Source: an uncultured Planctomycetaceae bacterium | GTDB lineage: Bacteria; Planctomycetota; Planctomycetia; Planctomycetales; Planctomycetaceae | Length of the DNA stretch: 64,000 bases | NCBI GenBank assembly: GCA_963815195.1 | Contig: CAWFGE010000023.1 | Span: 32,001-96,000, forward strand | Reading direction: 5' to 3' | Shown here: positions 50,119-61,131 of the stretch, piece after piece | Position numbering within the stretch: the stretch's first letter is position 1 | Layout: each line of letters starts with the position of its first letter | Program-made: the position numbers and the translations under genes | Notes under the pieces: model-generated | The model's input: the letters and a program-made list of their open reading frames with translations, nothing else | Told to the model about the DNA's origin: nothing | Databases searched by the model: none

Positions 50119-51172
50119 CGTGCATCATCCAAAAAGTGTTGAGTTCACTCCAACCCGGAATGTGGAAACGTCTCGCTGGTGAGTATGACCGTTTCCGAAA
50201 TCAAAATCAAATGGTCTGATGCAGATGGACCACTTTCAGACCGCTAATCCCGCGCGTTTTTGTTTCGCATCCATTGTTCGGGGAAGTCGGCGGGTTCGGA
50301 GCCGGACTTTAACCTGAGGTTCGCGCCCATGTTGCGTTTGTGGCTGAAGGGGACGCGGTTGGCGCTGGCTTCTTCCACGATCTTGTGGAGGTCCGCCCGC
50401 ATTTGGCGTGCGTTGCTGCTCCTTGGGATCGAAGTTTTCGTAGGGCAGGCAGGACGGCAATGTCAATTATGAACTTATGTTCCGTGCTACCGCACATCGA
50501 TCGATTCGTGTTATTTCCCTTTCTCGACGCATCGGATCGAAAACGCATTCAACGAACCTGCAGCAGCATAGATCGCGAGACGAATACGGCGCGAAAGGAT
50601 TGGTGAGGATTTCCACCGCACGGCGTGGCAATCGGTGAAAACGGCGGGGGCGACCTATTGATCTTGATTCCAATGCCCGACCATCCCGACACGCTGCAAT
50701 ACACGGCATATTGGTGGGATCATGAAATCGGCGAGATCGAACCAGTTGCCGATGACTTCCGCGACCTGCCGAAATCGTCAGGGGCATGTACCTCGTAGGC
50801 TCCGCTCTGCGAAGCATCTCGATGTCTGAAATCGTTCGGCCTCCATTTCAGAACTCGTTCCTTCGCCAAGCAAAAGTTGTTGTCCCGCCAAGAATTGACG
50901 GATGAATTCCAAGCCAGGCGGCGGGATGGCGCGTGCTTTAAGCCCGCCGCGGGATCGAGTCCCAGAAGAGTGGGTGCGCCGGTAAGCGCGTTCGATGCGC
51001 GCCGCTCAATGCTTGGGTGATTGGGCGTGTGGACCCGTGTGCGACCGTGGGCGGGTGTATCGATGGGAAAAATCGCCTTTTTCGCCAGCGCATCGACTTG
51101 GGCTAGGATTTCGTCTCGCGAAACGGGTAGTATGGGGAAACTGGAAAAAATGTAGGCTGGGTCTCGCAACTT

Positions 51173-54100
51173 ATGAACGTTGATGAACTGCTGAGGATTC
51201 TTGGTGAGCGCCGTATCACCTTATGGGTGGATGGGAAGGCCTTGCACTTTCGCGGGGAAGCGGGTGTTCTCGATTCCGAGTTGCTGTCAGAACTACGCCG
51301 GAATAAAAAAGACCTCATCGCCAAACTGCTGGAAGAACAGAATTCGCCCCCAACCAAGTCAATTGAGGGCGAATACTGTTCGCTGTCGCTGGGGCAGCAG
51401 GCGTTGTATTACTTGCACGTCGCGCATCCGCAGAGTGCCGCTTACAACGTCGCCTCCGCCGCACGGATTTGTTCGCCAATCGAACTGGATGCGATGCGAG
51501 AATCCTTCCGGGCGCTGATTGCCCGGCACGACGCGTTGCGGACCACGTTCGAAATCCGCCACGGCCAGCCTTGGGCCCACGTCCATCCGCACGGCGAGTT
51601 GGATTTCGAGCAGCGAATGGTGCCCGAGGGGAATGAAGACGAACTCGAAGCCGAAATCCGCCGGGAGTATCAGCGGCCGTTCGATCTCGCACGCGGTCCG
51701 CTATTGCGGGTTCGGGTTTGGACCCAGTCGCCCGCGAAGCATGTGTTTTTGATGACGCTGCATCACATCATCTTTGATGCCTGGTCGTTGTGGCTGATTC
51801 AAGACGAATTCCGGCAACTCTATCGGCAGTACACGGGCGGTTCACCGGCGCTATTTCCCACATTGGACCAGCGGTATCAAACGTTTGCCGAGGACCAGAA
51901 CGCACTGCGAACCAGCGAACAAGGCGAGAAGCTGTGGACATATTGGCGGGAACGCCTGGCCGGGGAACTGAGCCCCACGGATTTGCGGTTCGATCGGCCG
52001 CGGCGGATCGGCGCGGAACTCCAAGGTGACACGCACCACTTTCGGATTTCCAAAGACCTCTCCTCCCGGCTCCGCGCGTTGGGCCGATCGCAAGGGGCAA
52101 CGCCGTTCGTGGTGCTGCTGGCGATTTTCAAAGTCTTACTGTCGCGGTACACGGGCCAGACGGATCAAATTGTGGGAACGAGCACTTGGGGGCGGTCGAA
52201 TCCCAAATACCGCCGGGTCGTGGGATATTTCGTCAACACCGTCCCGATTCGGAGTGACACTTCGGGCGATCCCACGTTTTCCCAATTTCTGGGGCACATT
52301 AAAACGCGGACATTGGAGGCCCTCGAGCATCAGGATTTTCCGTTTCCGCTGTTGGTGGACCGTTTGAATCCCCGCCGGGAATCCGGGCAGTCGCCGATCT
52401 GCAACGTGATGTTCGGCGTGCAAAAGCCCCAGCAGTTCAGCGAAGTCATGCGGTTGTTCGACGAAGACGCCGAGGCCATCGATTGGGGCGGTTTGGAGGT
52501 GCATCCTTTCCAACTGAACCAGCAAGAAGGTCAATTTGATCTGACGATGGACCTGTTTGAGACGACCGATTCGTTCTGGGGTGCGCTGAAATACGATCCG
52601 GAGCTTTTCGATCGCGAGACGGTGGAACGCATGGCCCGGCATTTTGTGCATTTGGCCGAGGGAATTGCCCAAGACCCCAGCCGGGCGATTACGGATTATG
52701 ATCTTTCGCCGGCGGAAGAACGGTTCGCCATCCAGGCGTTTTGCGAATCCGGTCCGCGAGTCGCGGTGTCCAACGAGCGAGTGCACCGCCTGTTCGAGCA
52801 GCAAGCCGCCCGCTCGCCCCGCCAAATCGCCCTCGTCTGTGGCCGGCTCGCATTGACGTACGAGGAAGTCAATCACCGGGCGAATCAGGCTGCCTGCTTG
52901 CTGCGCGAAGAAAGCGTAAAACAAGGCACGCTCGTCGCCTGCCGGTTGGAACGCGGTCTGGATTCGGCCGTGTGGCTGCTCGCGATCTGGAAGGCCGGCG
53001 GCGTGTATCTCCCCTTGGATGCCGCGGATCCCCACGCCCGCTGCGCACAAATCCTGGAAAACTCCCGAGCGGAACTGCTCATCACCCAATCATCGCTGGA
53101 CTGGAACAGCGGCCAAAATTCATCGGCCGGTTCGCATCGGACGCTGCTTTTGGACGAACTCTCGGACCGGCTCAGTCAATACGCAGGCGACGAATTTGAC
53201 GGAGGAAATCTCCCCGCGAAGTTTGGCGTATATCCTGCACACCTCCGGTTCCACCGGCACCCCGAAGGGGGTTTGCGTTTCGCATGCGGCCTTGGCGGAG
53301 CATCTGCTTTCGATCCGCGAGGTCTATCAGCTCAAACCGGAAGACCGGGTGCTGCACTTCCATAATTTTACGTTCGACCCCTCGCTGGAAGAGTTGCTCG
53401 CTCCCTGGAGCGTGGGAGCAACGGTGCTGCTCAGGGGCGAGGACCTGTGGACGCCGGACACGTTTTGGGAAATCGTGCAAGATCAAAACGTGACGGTCGT
53501 GGATTTGCCGCCCGCGTATTTTCGGCAGTGCAATGAAGTGCTGGAACGAACCGGTGGAATTCCGGCGTCGCTTCGGCTGTTGATTATCGGCGGGGATGTT
53601 TTTCCCGCCGAGATGCTGAGCACATGGAAGGATTCCGGCGTGCGGATTCTCAATGCTTACGGGCCGACCGAAGCGGTGATCACGGCCACCGTCTATGATG
53701 CGACAGAGCATGACGTCGCGGTTCACCCTCGTGCGCCCATCGGCCGGCCCAAGCGGGGCCTGCGGGCGTATGTGCTCGACTCGCGGGGCCGGCCTTCACC
53801 GGTGGGCGTGCCGGGCGAACTCTATCTCGCCGGCCCGATGCTCGCCGACGGCTATTGGCGGGATCCGGAATTGACAGCCCGAAAGTTTCCCGCAAATCCC
53901 TTTGCCGAGGGCGGAATGTACCGCACCGGCGATCGCGCGGCCTGGCGGGCGGATGGAATGTTGGAGTTCCTCGGCCGGCGGGATCGGCAATTCAAAATCC
54001 ACGGCTTCCGCGTAGAAACGGCAGAAGTTGAGAGTCTCTTGAACCGCTCTCCGGGCGTTCGGCAGTCGTGTGTTCTCCCGCGGCGCGATTCCCAAGACGA

Positions 54101-54551
54101 ACCGTATCTCGTGGCCTGGATCGAAAGTGATGCCGACGCGGCAACTTTCGAGGCGGACGTCCGAACCGCTCTCAAACAACGCCTGCCGCAGTACATGCTG
54201 CCCCGGTATTTCGTCGTGCTGCCGCGATTGCCGGTCAAGGCCTCCGGGAAGATTGATGAGCACGCCTTGCCGGAACCGGAATCCTCTCCGCGTGTGCAGG
54301 CCGAATACATTGCCCCGCAATCACCCTGCGAGAAAAAGCTCGCGCGAATTTGGTCGGAGGTTTTGGAAGTGGAGGCCGTCGGAATCCATGATAACTTTTT
54401 CGATCTCGGCGGCGGATCTTTGACCAGTCTGCGAGTTGTCGCCTTAGCCCGGGACGAAGGCTTACTCGTCCAAGGCCTGCCGATGGGGCCCGAACTCTTG
54501 TTTGAATATCCCACCATCGCCGAACTCGCCGCCCTCTTGGACCCGTACTGA
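51173..54551 (+). CDS. Single-module NRPS (TubC_N docking-C-A-PCP, no TE), frameshift at ~53190
   Basis: Docking-like N-terminus; HHIIFDAWS; TSGSTGTPKG, YGPTE, YRTGD, SGKID; FFDLGGGSL. Confidence 0.93.
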
Positions 54552-54572
54552 AATTTCCACGCTGAAGCACAA

Positions 54573-54754
54573 TAAAATCCGAAATCCGAATCTCGAAATC
54601 CGAAACAAATCCAAATGTCCAAAACTCCAAGTCGCAAAACTTTGAGCGACAAAGCACGAAAATTGGGAACGAATCCGCACAGTTTCGTTTGAGACATTCG
54701 GATTTGAGATTTTGAATTTGTTTCGGATTTTCGGATTTCGATATTCGAATTTTA
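54573..54754. repeat. Inverted arrays of degenerate heptamer repeats (AAATCCG-like)
   Basis: AAATCCG AAATCCG AATCTCG AAATCCG AAACAAAT.. on the left and the reverse-complement array on the right. Confidence 0.85.
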
Positions 54755-54790
54755 ATCCTGCAGAATGCCACTCGATCAAGGCAAACAATC

Positions 54791-56791
54791 ATGCGCCATT
54801 CCAAATCCTACATTGCCGGCCTCGGCGTCTATCTTCCTCCCAAACAGGTGAGCACCGAGGAAATCATCAAAGGCTGTCGGAATCCGGTGCGCATTCCTTT
54901 GGAGCGGCTGACCGGGATCCGCAGCCGGCACATGGCCGGCGAGGATGAGTTCGCCATTGATCTTGCGGCCAAAGCCGTCGAGGATTGCCTGGACCGCACG
55001 GACACCGCCCCCGAAGAGTTCGACATTTTGATCTGCTGCAACATCTCGCGCTATGACGGGCCGCGGCTCGTCTCTTATGAACCCTCGACCGCTGCCGTCT
55101 TGAAAAAGCGCTTCGGCCTGACGAATGCCGTGGCGATGGACCTTTCGAATGCCTGCGCCGGCCTGTGGACCGGAGTGTATCTGGTCGATGCTTTGATTCG
55201 GACCGGAGCCATCCGCCGGGGTCTGGTGGTCAGCGGGGAATACATCAGCTATCTGGCGACGACGGCCCAGAAGGAGATCGTCGACTATCTCGATCCGCAA
55301 ATCGCTTCGCTCACGCTGGGGGATGCGGGCGTGGCCGTCGAGTTGCGGTTGTCGCCGTCGCCCGCGATCGGGTTTCATGACATCGAGCTTTACACGCTCG
55401 CGCAATACTCCCGCGACTGCATCGCCAAGCCCAGCGATAAAACCCACGGCGGCGCCGCGATGTATACGGACGCCGTCAAAGTCTCCTCGGCCGTCGTGCC
55501 CCATGCGGCGAAGCACGCGGAACAAATCCTCCGCAAGAACGGGCAGTCGGTCGAGCAGTTTCAGCACATCATTCCGCACCAGACATCCCGATTGACGATG
55601 AACGATGCGATCAAATCGGTGGCCGGCGAATTTCCGATCGACCTCGAGCACCGGCTCATTAACAATCTGACCCTTCGCGGGAACACCGCGACGACCAGCC
55701 ATTTTCTCGCGCTCCGGGACACAATGCTCGAAGGGCGGATTCAAGCGGGCGATGAGGTGCTGTTCCTGATTTCGGGTTCGGGGCAGACCACCGGCACGGC
55801 ACTCTACACGTGCGACGATCTGCCCGATCGCCTTCGCTCGAAAACTCCCCGCACGGGCGAAACCGCTTCGCCCAGCGTGCCCGGGGAAACGTTGGCCGTT
55901 CCCCTGCAATTCGAGTCCTTCGCCCAGGTCGCCCGGAATGAAATCGAGCCGAATGACACGCTGACGATGCTGGAGCACGTCGCCGAAACCTGCCTCGAAA
56001 AATCCCGGTACGCCAAGGAAGAGATGGAAGTTTTGATTTCCGTGGGGGTTTATCGCAGCGAGTTTTTGACCGAGCCTGCCATCGCGGCACTCCTCGCAGG
56101 CGATCTCAAGATGAACGACCGCCGCGAGCCCGACGAGGCGCACAAAACTTTCGCGTTTGATCTCTTAAACGGGTCGCTGGGGTTTTTGAACGCGTGCTAT
56201 CTCGCCGCCGAGCTTTCGCGGGCCGGCGGTCTCGAACGGGCGATGGTCGTCGCCTCGGAAATCGAAAACAACAAAGAGGTCATGCCCGGCCATTTGCTGG
56301 GCTTGCGGGAGATGGCGTCGGCGGCGATTTTGCACGAATCCGACGACGGCGAAACCGGCTTTCTCGCCTTTTCGTTCGATCAGTATCCCGAACATGCCGA
56401 CGCCCTGAGGGTGACCGGCACCTGGAGCGAACAGGGAAAACCGCATCTCATCCGGTCGGCGAGCGATGACCGCTATCTTTGGTACGTGGAAGACATCGAG
56501 AAGAGCGTTTCCCGGTTCCTCTGCGAACAGGGCGTGAGCCGGGACGAAATCCGGTTTCTCATCCCGCCGCAGATTTCCCCTGCGTTCGTGCGGGCCGTCA
56601 GCCAGGAACTTGGCATGCCCCATGCGGAGACGATCGACGTGTCCTTCGACGGGCAGGACCTCGCAACGTCCTCAACGCCCGCCGCCATGCAGGCCGTTGT
56701 GGAAAACAATCTCGCCCAGAAAGGCGAACTGGGGCTGATCATCAACATCGCGTCCGGTGGCCAGGTCGGATGCGCGCTGTACCAGTTTTAG
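54791..56791 (+). CDS. Tandem di-domain 3-oxoacyl-ACP synthase III (FabH/OleA-like)
   Basis: Domain 1: SNACAG, IIPHQ, RGNTA (Cys-His-Asn); domain 2: LNGSLG, IPPQ, DLATSS (triad lost). Confidence 0.88.
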   Translation: MRHSKSYIAGLGVYLPPKQVSTEEIIKGCRNPVRIPLERLTGIRSRHMAGEDEFAIDLAAKAVEDCLDRTDTAPEEFDILICCNISRYDGPRLVSYEPSTAAVLKKRFGLTNAVAMDLSNACAGLWTGVYLVDALIRTGAIRRGLVVSGEYISYLATTAQKEIVDYLDPQIASLTLGDAGVAVELRLSPSPAIGFHDIELYTLAQYSRDCIAKPSDKTHGGAAMYTDAVKVSSAVVPHAAKHAEQILRKNGQSVEQFQHIIPHQTSRLTMNDAIKSVAGEFPIDLEHRLINNLTLRGNTATTSHFLALRDTMLEGRIQAGDEVLFLISGSGQTTGTALYTCDDLPDRLRSKTPRTGETASPSVPGETLAVPLQFESFAQVARNEIEPNDTLTMLEHVAETCLEKSRYAKEEMEVLISVGVYRSEFLTEPAIAALLAGDLKMNDRREPDEAHKTFAFDLLNGSLGFLNACYLAAELSRAGGLERAMVVASEIENNKEVMPGHLLGLREMASAAILHESDDGETGFLAFSFDQYPEHADALRVTGTWSEQGKPHLIRSASDDRYLWYVEDIEKSVSRFLCEQGVSRDEIRFLIPPQISPAFVRAVSQELGMPHAETIDVSFDGQDLATSSTPAAMQAVVENNLAQKGELGLIINIASGGQVGCALYQF

Positions 56792-56797
56792 CCGAAC

Positions 56798-57754
56798 TCA
56801 GTCGTGTCGGCCCACGAGAATTCGCAATTGCTCCTCCAGTTGGCGGGCGGTTCTCTTGGTATACCGGCGCGGACTGATGATCTTTTTCAATCGGTCCGTC
56901 AAGAGGATCGGCGTCCCTTGGGCGAGCCGGAGCTGCGCAAACGCCCCCTCCCTGGGCAAGCCGAGAAAGAACTTGTCCGCATCGACATCCAGCACCCGGT
57001 CCTCTTGATCGTTTGGCGGCAAGGATTGAATCGGCTGATCGACCAATTCGTAGTCGGGATCGAACAGCCAAACCAACGTATGCAGCTCGCCCGTCTTGGG
57101 GGAAACGAGGATCGCATACCGGGTCATCATTTTTTTGTGTTGGCCGTCGATCAGCAGGATGGCATCGCTGTCAAAGACCAGCATTGTTGGCGTGCGGACA
57201 ATCTGCAGAAAGCCGGTTCGAAAATCCGTCTCGCATTGCGAAAGCACCTGGCGGGCGATGATGTCGAGATCGGCCCCAAGTTTTTTCTGAGTGGCGGAAG
57301 TTATGATTGTGTTCTTCCCGTCGATCTCCGTTCCAATGCCGATCGCCACTTGCTCCAGAGAGTATTCTTCGATTGCTCCCGTCCGATGCCGCTCCACGTC
57401 GGCCAGGCAGTTGACGGTATACACCGCGGCATAATACAGGACGGATCGGGGGACCTCTTTCACATTGCCGCTGCCAATTCGCGGATGGGCCGCATACACC
57501 AGATGAGACCAGCCTTTGGGAGGGGTCTTGCCGACGACCGTTCCGGGGGGAATCCAATCCAAAGGCTTTTCCTCAAGAACCACGCGTCCCGCTTCCGGAG
57601 GCGGGGAAACCGGAGGTTTCTTTGGGGGAGGCGGTTCCGCGACACGGCCCCAGAAGAACCACGACGCCAACAAGACCGGCAATAACGCCGCGAGGATCGT
57701 CAGCGGTCGAAAGGCGCGGGCACGTTTTTTCGTCTCGAACACAGGTTCAGGCAT
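56798..57754 (-). CDS. Hypothetical membrane-anchored protein
   Basis: 318-aa ORF with N-terminal TM helix and Pro-rich linker. Confidence 0.65.
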   Translation of the reverse strand: MPEPVFETKKRARAFRPLTILAALLPVLLASWFFWGRVAEPPPPKKPPVSPPPEAGRVVLEEKPLDWIPPGTVVGKTPPKGWSHLVYAAHPRIGSGNVKEVPRSVLYYAAVYTVNCLADVERHRTGAIEEYSLEQVAIGIGTEIDGKNTIITSATQKKLGADLDIIARQVLSQCETDFRTGFLQIVRTPTMLVFDSDAILLIDGQHKKMMTRYAILVSPKTGELHTLVWLFDPDYELVDQPIQSLPPNDQEDRVLDVDADKFFLGLPREGAFAQLRLAQGTPILLTDRLKKIISPRRYTKRTARQLEEQLRILVGRHD

Positions 57755-57873
57755 AGCGGGGGGACGGATTCACCTTGGAAAGTCTGCAAAATGCAATTGT
57801 CGCGAATCCCGCGGAAGCCTGCCAGAGAAGTTTGAAATAGGACGCGCTTATCCACACGCGCTGCCTCGAATCC

Positions 57874-58878
57874 TTACAGCCATTGATGCTCAATATACCA
57901 GTCATATGTCTGACGTAGTTGCGTTTCGAGAGTCGCTTTGGAAGCGGCCTCGAGTTCCCGAGCGGCTCGTTCCGCCCGGCAGACCCAGGAACCCGCCCGG
58001 GCTTCCCGGATTTTGTCGAGGTTCAAAAATGTGGGCCGGCCCGTGATGCGTCCCCAGGCTTCCCACACGCCGGCCGCCATCCAGCATAGCGCCGACGGCA
58101 AAACCACGTTTCGCACCGATGCTCTCCCGAAGAACGGTCCCGACAACTCCGCCAGCTTGGCGAATGTCACCGGCTGAGGATGGGCCAGATAATAGATGCC
58201 TTGGTTCATAGGGTCGTCGCACGTTTTGATGGGTTTTCCCCTCTTCATGGCCGCCAGCATGCCGTCGATTAAATCGTGAACTTCCAAGAATGAGTAACGA
58301 GGCCTCACAGAGATCGCACAGACGTTAAGACCGCGTTTTATCGATTGAAAGAACAACAACAAATTACGATCCCCCGGACCGAAGACGCAAGGCGGCCGAA
58401 GAATGGTGATCGGCATCTGTGGAGAAATCTCTCTCAAGTAATCCTCCGCTTCCAGCTTCGTCCGTCCATAGTAGGAAACCGGCCGGCAGACATCCTGTTC
58501 CGTGACGCCTCCCTCCGAACTCGGCCCGGCTGCCGCGAGCGACGAGACATGGACGAGCTTTGGAGGGTTCGGCAGGTCGAGAACCGCATCCGCAAGGGTT
58601 TTCACTCCCCCGACATTGACCGACCGATAATACTTCAACGAAAAAGCCCCCGCGGCGGCCGCGAGATGGAAAATGCCATCCACCCCCCGGACGGCGGATT
58701 TCATCGCAACCGGATCGCGAATGTCGCCTTCCACGACTTCAACCGACTTGACGATCGAGTCAGGCAGACGCGAGGCACGTCGGACCAAGGCGACGGTTTC
58801 AATGCCCAGGTCCAACAGGGCAGGAACCAGCGATTTTCCGATGAATCCGGAAGCCCCGGTGACGAGCACGCGATTCAT
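57874..58878 (-). CDS. NAD-dependent epimerase/dehydratase (extended SDR)
   Basis: TGASGFIG, HLAA, HVSS, YGRTK, VFGPGD. Confidence 0.92.
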   Translation of the reverse strand: MNRVLVTGASGFIGKSLVPALLDLGIETVALVRRASRLPDSIVKSVEVVEGDIRDPVAMKSAVRGVDGIFHLAAAAGAFSLKYYRSVNVGGVKTLADAVLDLPNPPKLVHVSSLAAAGPSSEGGVTEQDVCRPVSYYGRTKLEAEDYLREISPQMPITILRPPCVFGPGDRNLLLFFQSIKRGLNVCAISVRPRYSFLEVHDLIDGMLAAMKRGKPIKTCDDPMNQGIYYLAHPQPVTFAKLAELSGPFFGRASVRNVVLPSALCWMAAGVWEAWGRITGRPTFLNLDKIREARAGSWVCRAERAARELEAASKATLETQLRQTYDWYIEHQWL

Positions 58879-58935
58879 AGGCAGACAGACGCCAAGATCC
58901 CAACAGCTTGAGACAATGGAAATCCTCCATCAACC

Positions 58936-60195
58936 TCACTTTGCTCCGTTCTGGTTTGGTTCCTTCATCAGCTTGTACATCGCTTCGGCGAAGCCCTTGC
59001 CGATCTGGGCCATGATCTTTCCGGAGCCCATGTAGTGAAAATCAAAGTTGGACGTGCTGTCCCTGAGGATCACCAGTTCGCGCGGCGAGAAGGTCTTGGC
59101 ATAGAGTTCGTCGATGGCGGCCTTGCCTTCCTGGCGATTTAACTTGCCCTCTTTCACTTCTCGATTGAGTAGCTCGACCTTCGGCTTGATCTCCTTTTCT
59201 TTTTCCCGCAGTTTGACCACGTCCATGTCCCAGTACTTTTCCGTCAGCACGGCGGCAACGTTGCCCTTAAACTCGGGCCGCGAAGCGGCGGCGGCCATCG
59301 CCGAGCGAAAGTTTTGATGAACGCCCTTGTAACGTTGCTGATCCGATCCATATTTATCGACCGGGCCGCCCACGCCCAGGACGCCGATCACGACAGGCAA
59401 CTTCGGAGCGGAAAGGTCCTTACGGACATCGCGAATCAGGTCGTCCATGAGTTCGCTGTATTTGCCATAGCCCCCTGTGTTATCGCGATCGGGATAGGTG
59501 CCGCGGTCCACCATATCGTTCCAGCCTTGGAACCAGACAAAGCCCGCCAGCTCGTAGCCCTGCTGAGGATCGTAATCCGGATTCACCCGTTTGATGTCGG
59601 CTAAGACTTTTCGCACGTGCTCGATCATCAGCCGGTAGTAGCGGCCGGTGGCTTTTGCCTTCTCGGGTTTGATCGCGTCGATGTCCTTTCCCTGCTTCTT
59701 GAAGTTTTCCAACTGCGTCTCGCTAAATTCGTAGGGGCCGGCGCTCGGCGGGCGGAAATCCGTGTTGAGACTCTTCCCGCCCCAGGCGGTTTTGATAATC
59801 AAGATCGGCTCTTCCAGCAGCTTCTCCATGTAGATCCCGAACGTGAACTCCGGTCCGATCTTCGGCCCGCGGACTTTCGCCCCGAACCCGGCGGTCAACT
59901 TGCCGATCTGCTCCTCGTCGGCGGAACCAATCGAAGAGATCCAAACCTTCTCGCAAGCTCGCGGGGAGCCGTCGGCGCTTCGCATTTCCTTGAGGATCGG
60001 GGCCGTCTTGGGATCCAAGTCCATCGCATCGAACGTGCGAACGTGCGCATGCCCCTGCATATTCGACTGGCCGGCAAGAATGAACACCTTGAGCGGCTTC
60101 TTGTTGCCGTTCGCGCGGGGAGCTTCCGCAGCGGCGGGCAGAACGGCGAGCGCCGCGAAGAGGATTGCAAGTAAACAGACCATTGCACGGATCAT
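58936..60195 (-). CDS. Secreted sialate O-acetylesterase / DUF303 SGNH-type esterase
   Basis: FILAGQSNM, GPEFTFG, KTAWGG, WFQGWND, FHY. Confidence 0.85.
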   Translation of the reverse strand: MIRAMVCLLAILFAALAVLPAAAEAPRANGNKKPLKVFILAGQSNMQGHAHVRTFDAMDLDPKTAPILKEMRSADGSPRACEKVWISSIGSADEEQIGKLTAGFGAKVRGPKIGPEFTFGIYMEKLLEEPILIIKTAWGGKSLNTDFRPPSAGPYEFSETQLENFKKQGKDIDAIKPEKAKATGRYYRLMIEHVRKVLADIKRVNPDYDPQQGYELAGFVWFQGWNDMVDRGTYPDRDNTGGYGKYSELMDDLIRDVRKDLSAPKLPVVIGVLGVGGPVDKYGSDQQRYKGVHQNFRSAMAAAASRPEFKGNVAAVLTEKYWDMDVVKLREKEKEIKPKVELLNREVKEGKLNRQEGKAAIDELYAKTFSPRELVILRDSTSNFDFHYMGSGKIMAQIGKGFAEAMYKLMKEPNQNGAK

Positions 60196-60270
60196 AGTAA
60201 TACCTTTCGTATGTCGTGGGGGATGATTCTTTTGGGAAGTTTGGCCGATCGTCGTGCTCGCAGGATGCAG

Positions 60271-60986
60271 CTACTTGATCTTGACGATCTTGACATCATC
60301 GACCCAGGCGGATTTGTTGACCGCCAATCGCAAGCGGCTCTTGGTGGCATGGGCGATTCCAGGGGATTGAAACGCCCCGGCCTTTTTACCGTCGATCGAC
60401 ACCGACATCAACTCGCCGAGGATCGCGACTTCAAGCTGATGCCATTCGTCCGGAGCCATTTCGACCTTGAAGGTTTTTGCTGTGCTCTTCAGCCGCTGCT
60501 GATCGTCGCTGGTCAGCTTGCCGGCCAGCCGCCGCTCCCGTGTTTCCAGATTCATGCGGCCCGTTTTCAAGTCGGCGATTTCCACTTGCCCAGAGCGAAT
60601 TCTCGCCATGCAAATGTGTCCCGCATGGACCGACGTTTCTTTCATGTCCGCGATATTGATGCCCAGGTCGTCTTTGGCTCCCAATTTGAACCGCAAGCGG
60701 ATCACCGCATCTTGAAACGCGGCTTCGTGCGTGACGGACACGCCATGATCCGCCACGTCCGCCCGCGTGATGTGCATGGTCCCATCGACCATGTCCACCT
60801 GCTTGACTCCTTTCGCCCGGCTCCGGCTATTCGTGCCCCAGCCATTGCCAACCTGCTCTTTCGCCGGTTCGTCCTCTTCGCGGTTAAAGTCATCCTCCAG
60901 GATGACCGTCCCGGGCGTGTTCTGGCGCGGCTCGATGAGACGAGCGTGAAAAACAATAGGAACATCAGAGGCCAGGCGGTCTTCAT
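60271..60986 (-). CDS. Exported beta-sandwich (LamG/DUF1080-like) protein, frameshift at ~60930
   Basis: Signal peptide MKTAWPLMFLLFFTL is in a different frame from ILEDDFNR...WVDDVKIVK. Confidence 0.65.
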
Positions 60987-61131
60987 GTGGGTCCAGCTTT
61001 CGAAAAAGATTCGGGAACACAGGCGGCACAATCGTTTTTGGAAGGAGGCTCTCCCATTTGACACGCTCGGGACGCCGTTCGCAATGCCGCCGAACGCGAT
61101 CCAGTCGCCTGACCGCCTTGCGTCACTTTTC

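Noticed and set aside
50236..51169. Small ORFs between the methyltransferase and the NRPS (possible controller protein)
   Set aside because: No HTH or other motif and no convincing RBS; not called as CDS.
54573..54754. CRISPR array
   Set aside because: Degenerate 7-mers with no repeat-spacer periodicity and no cas genes.
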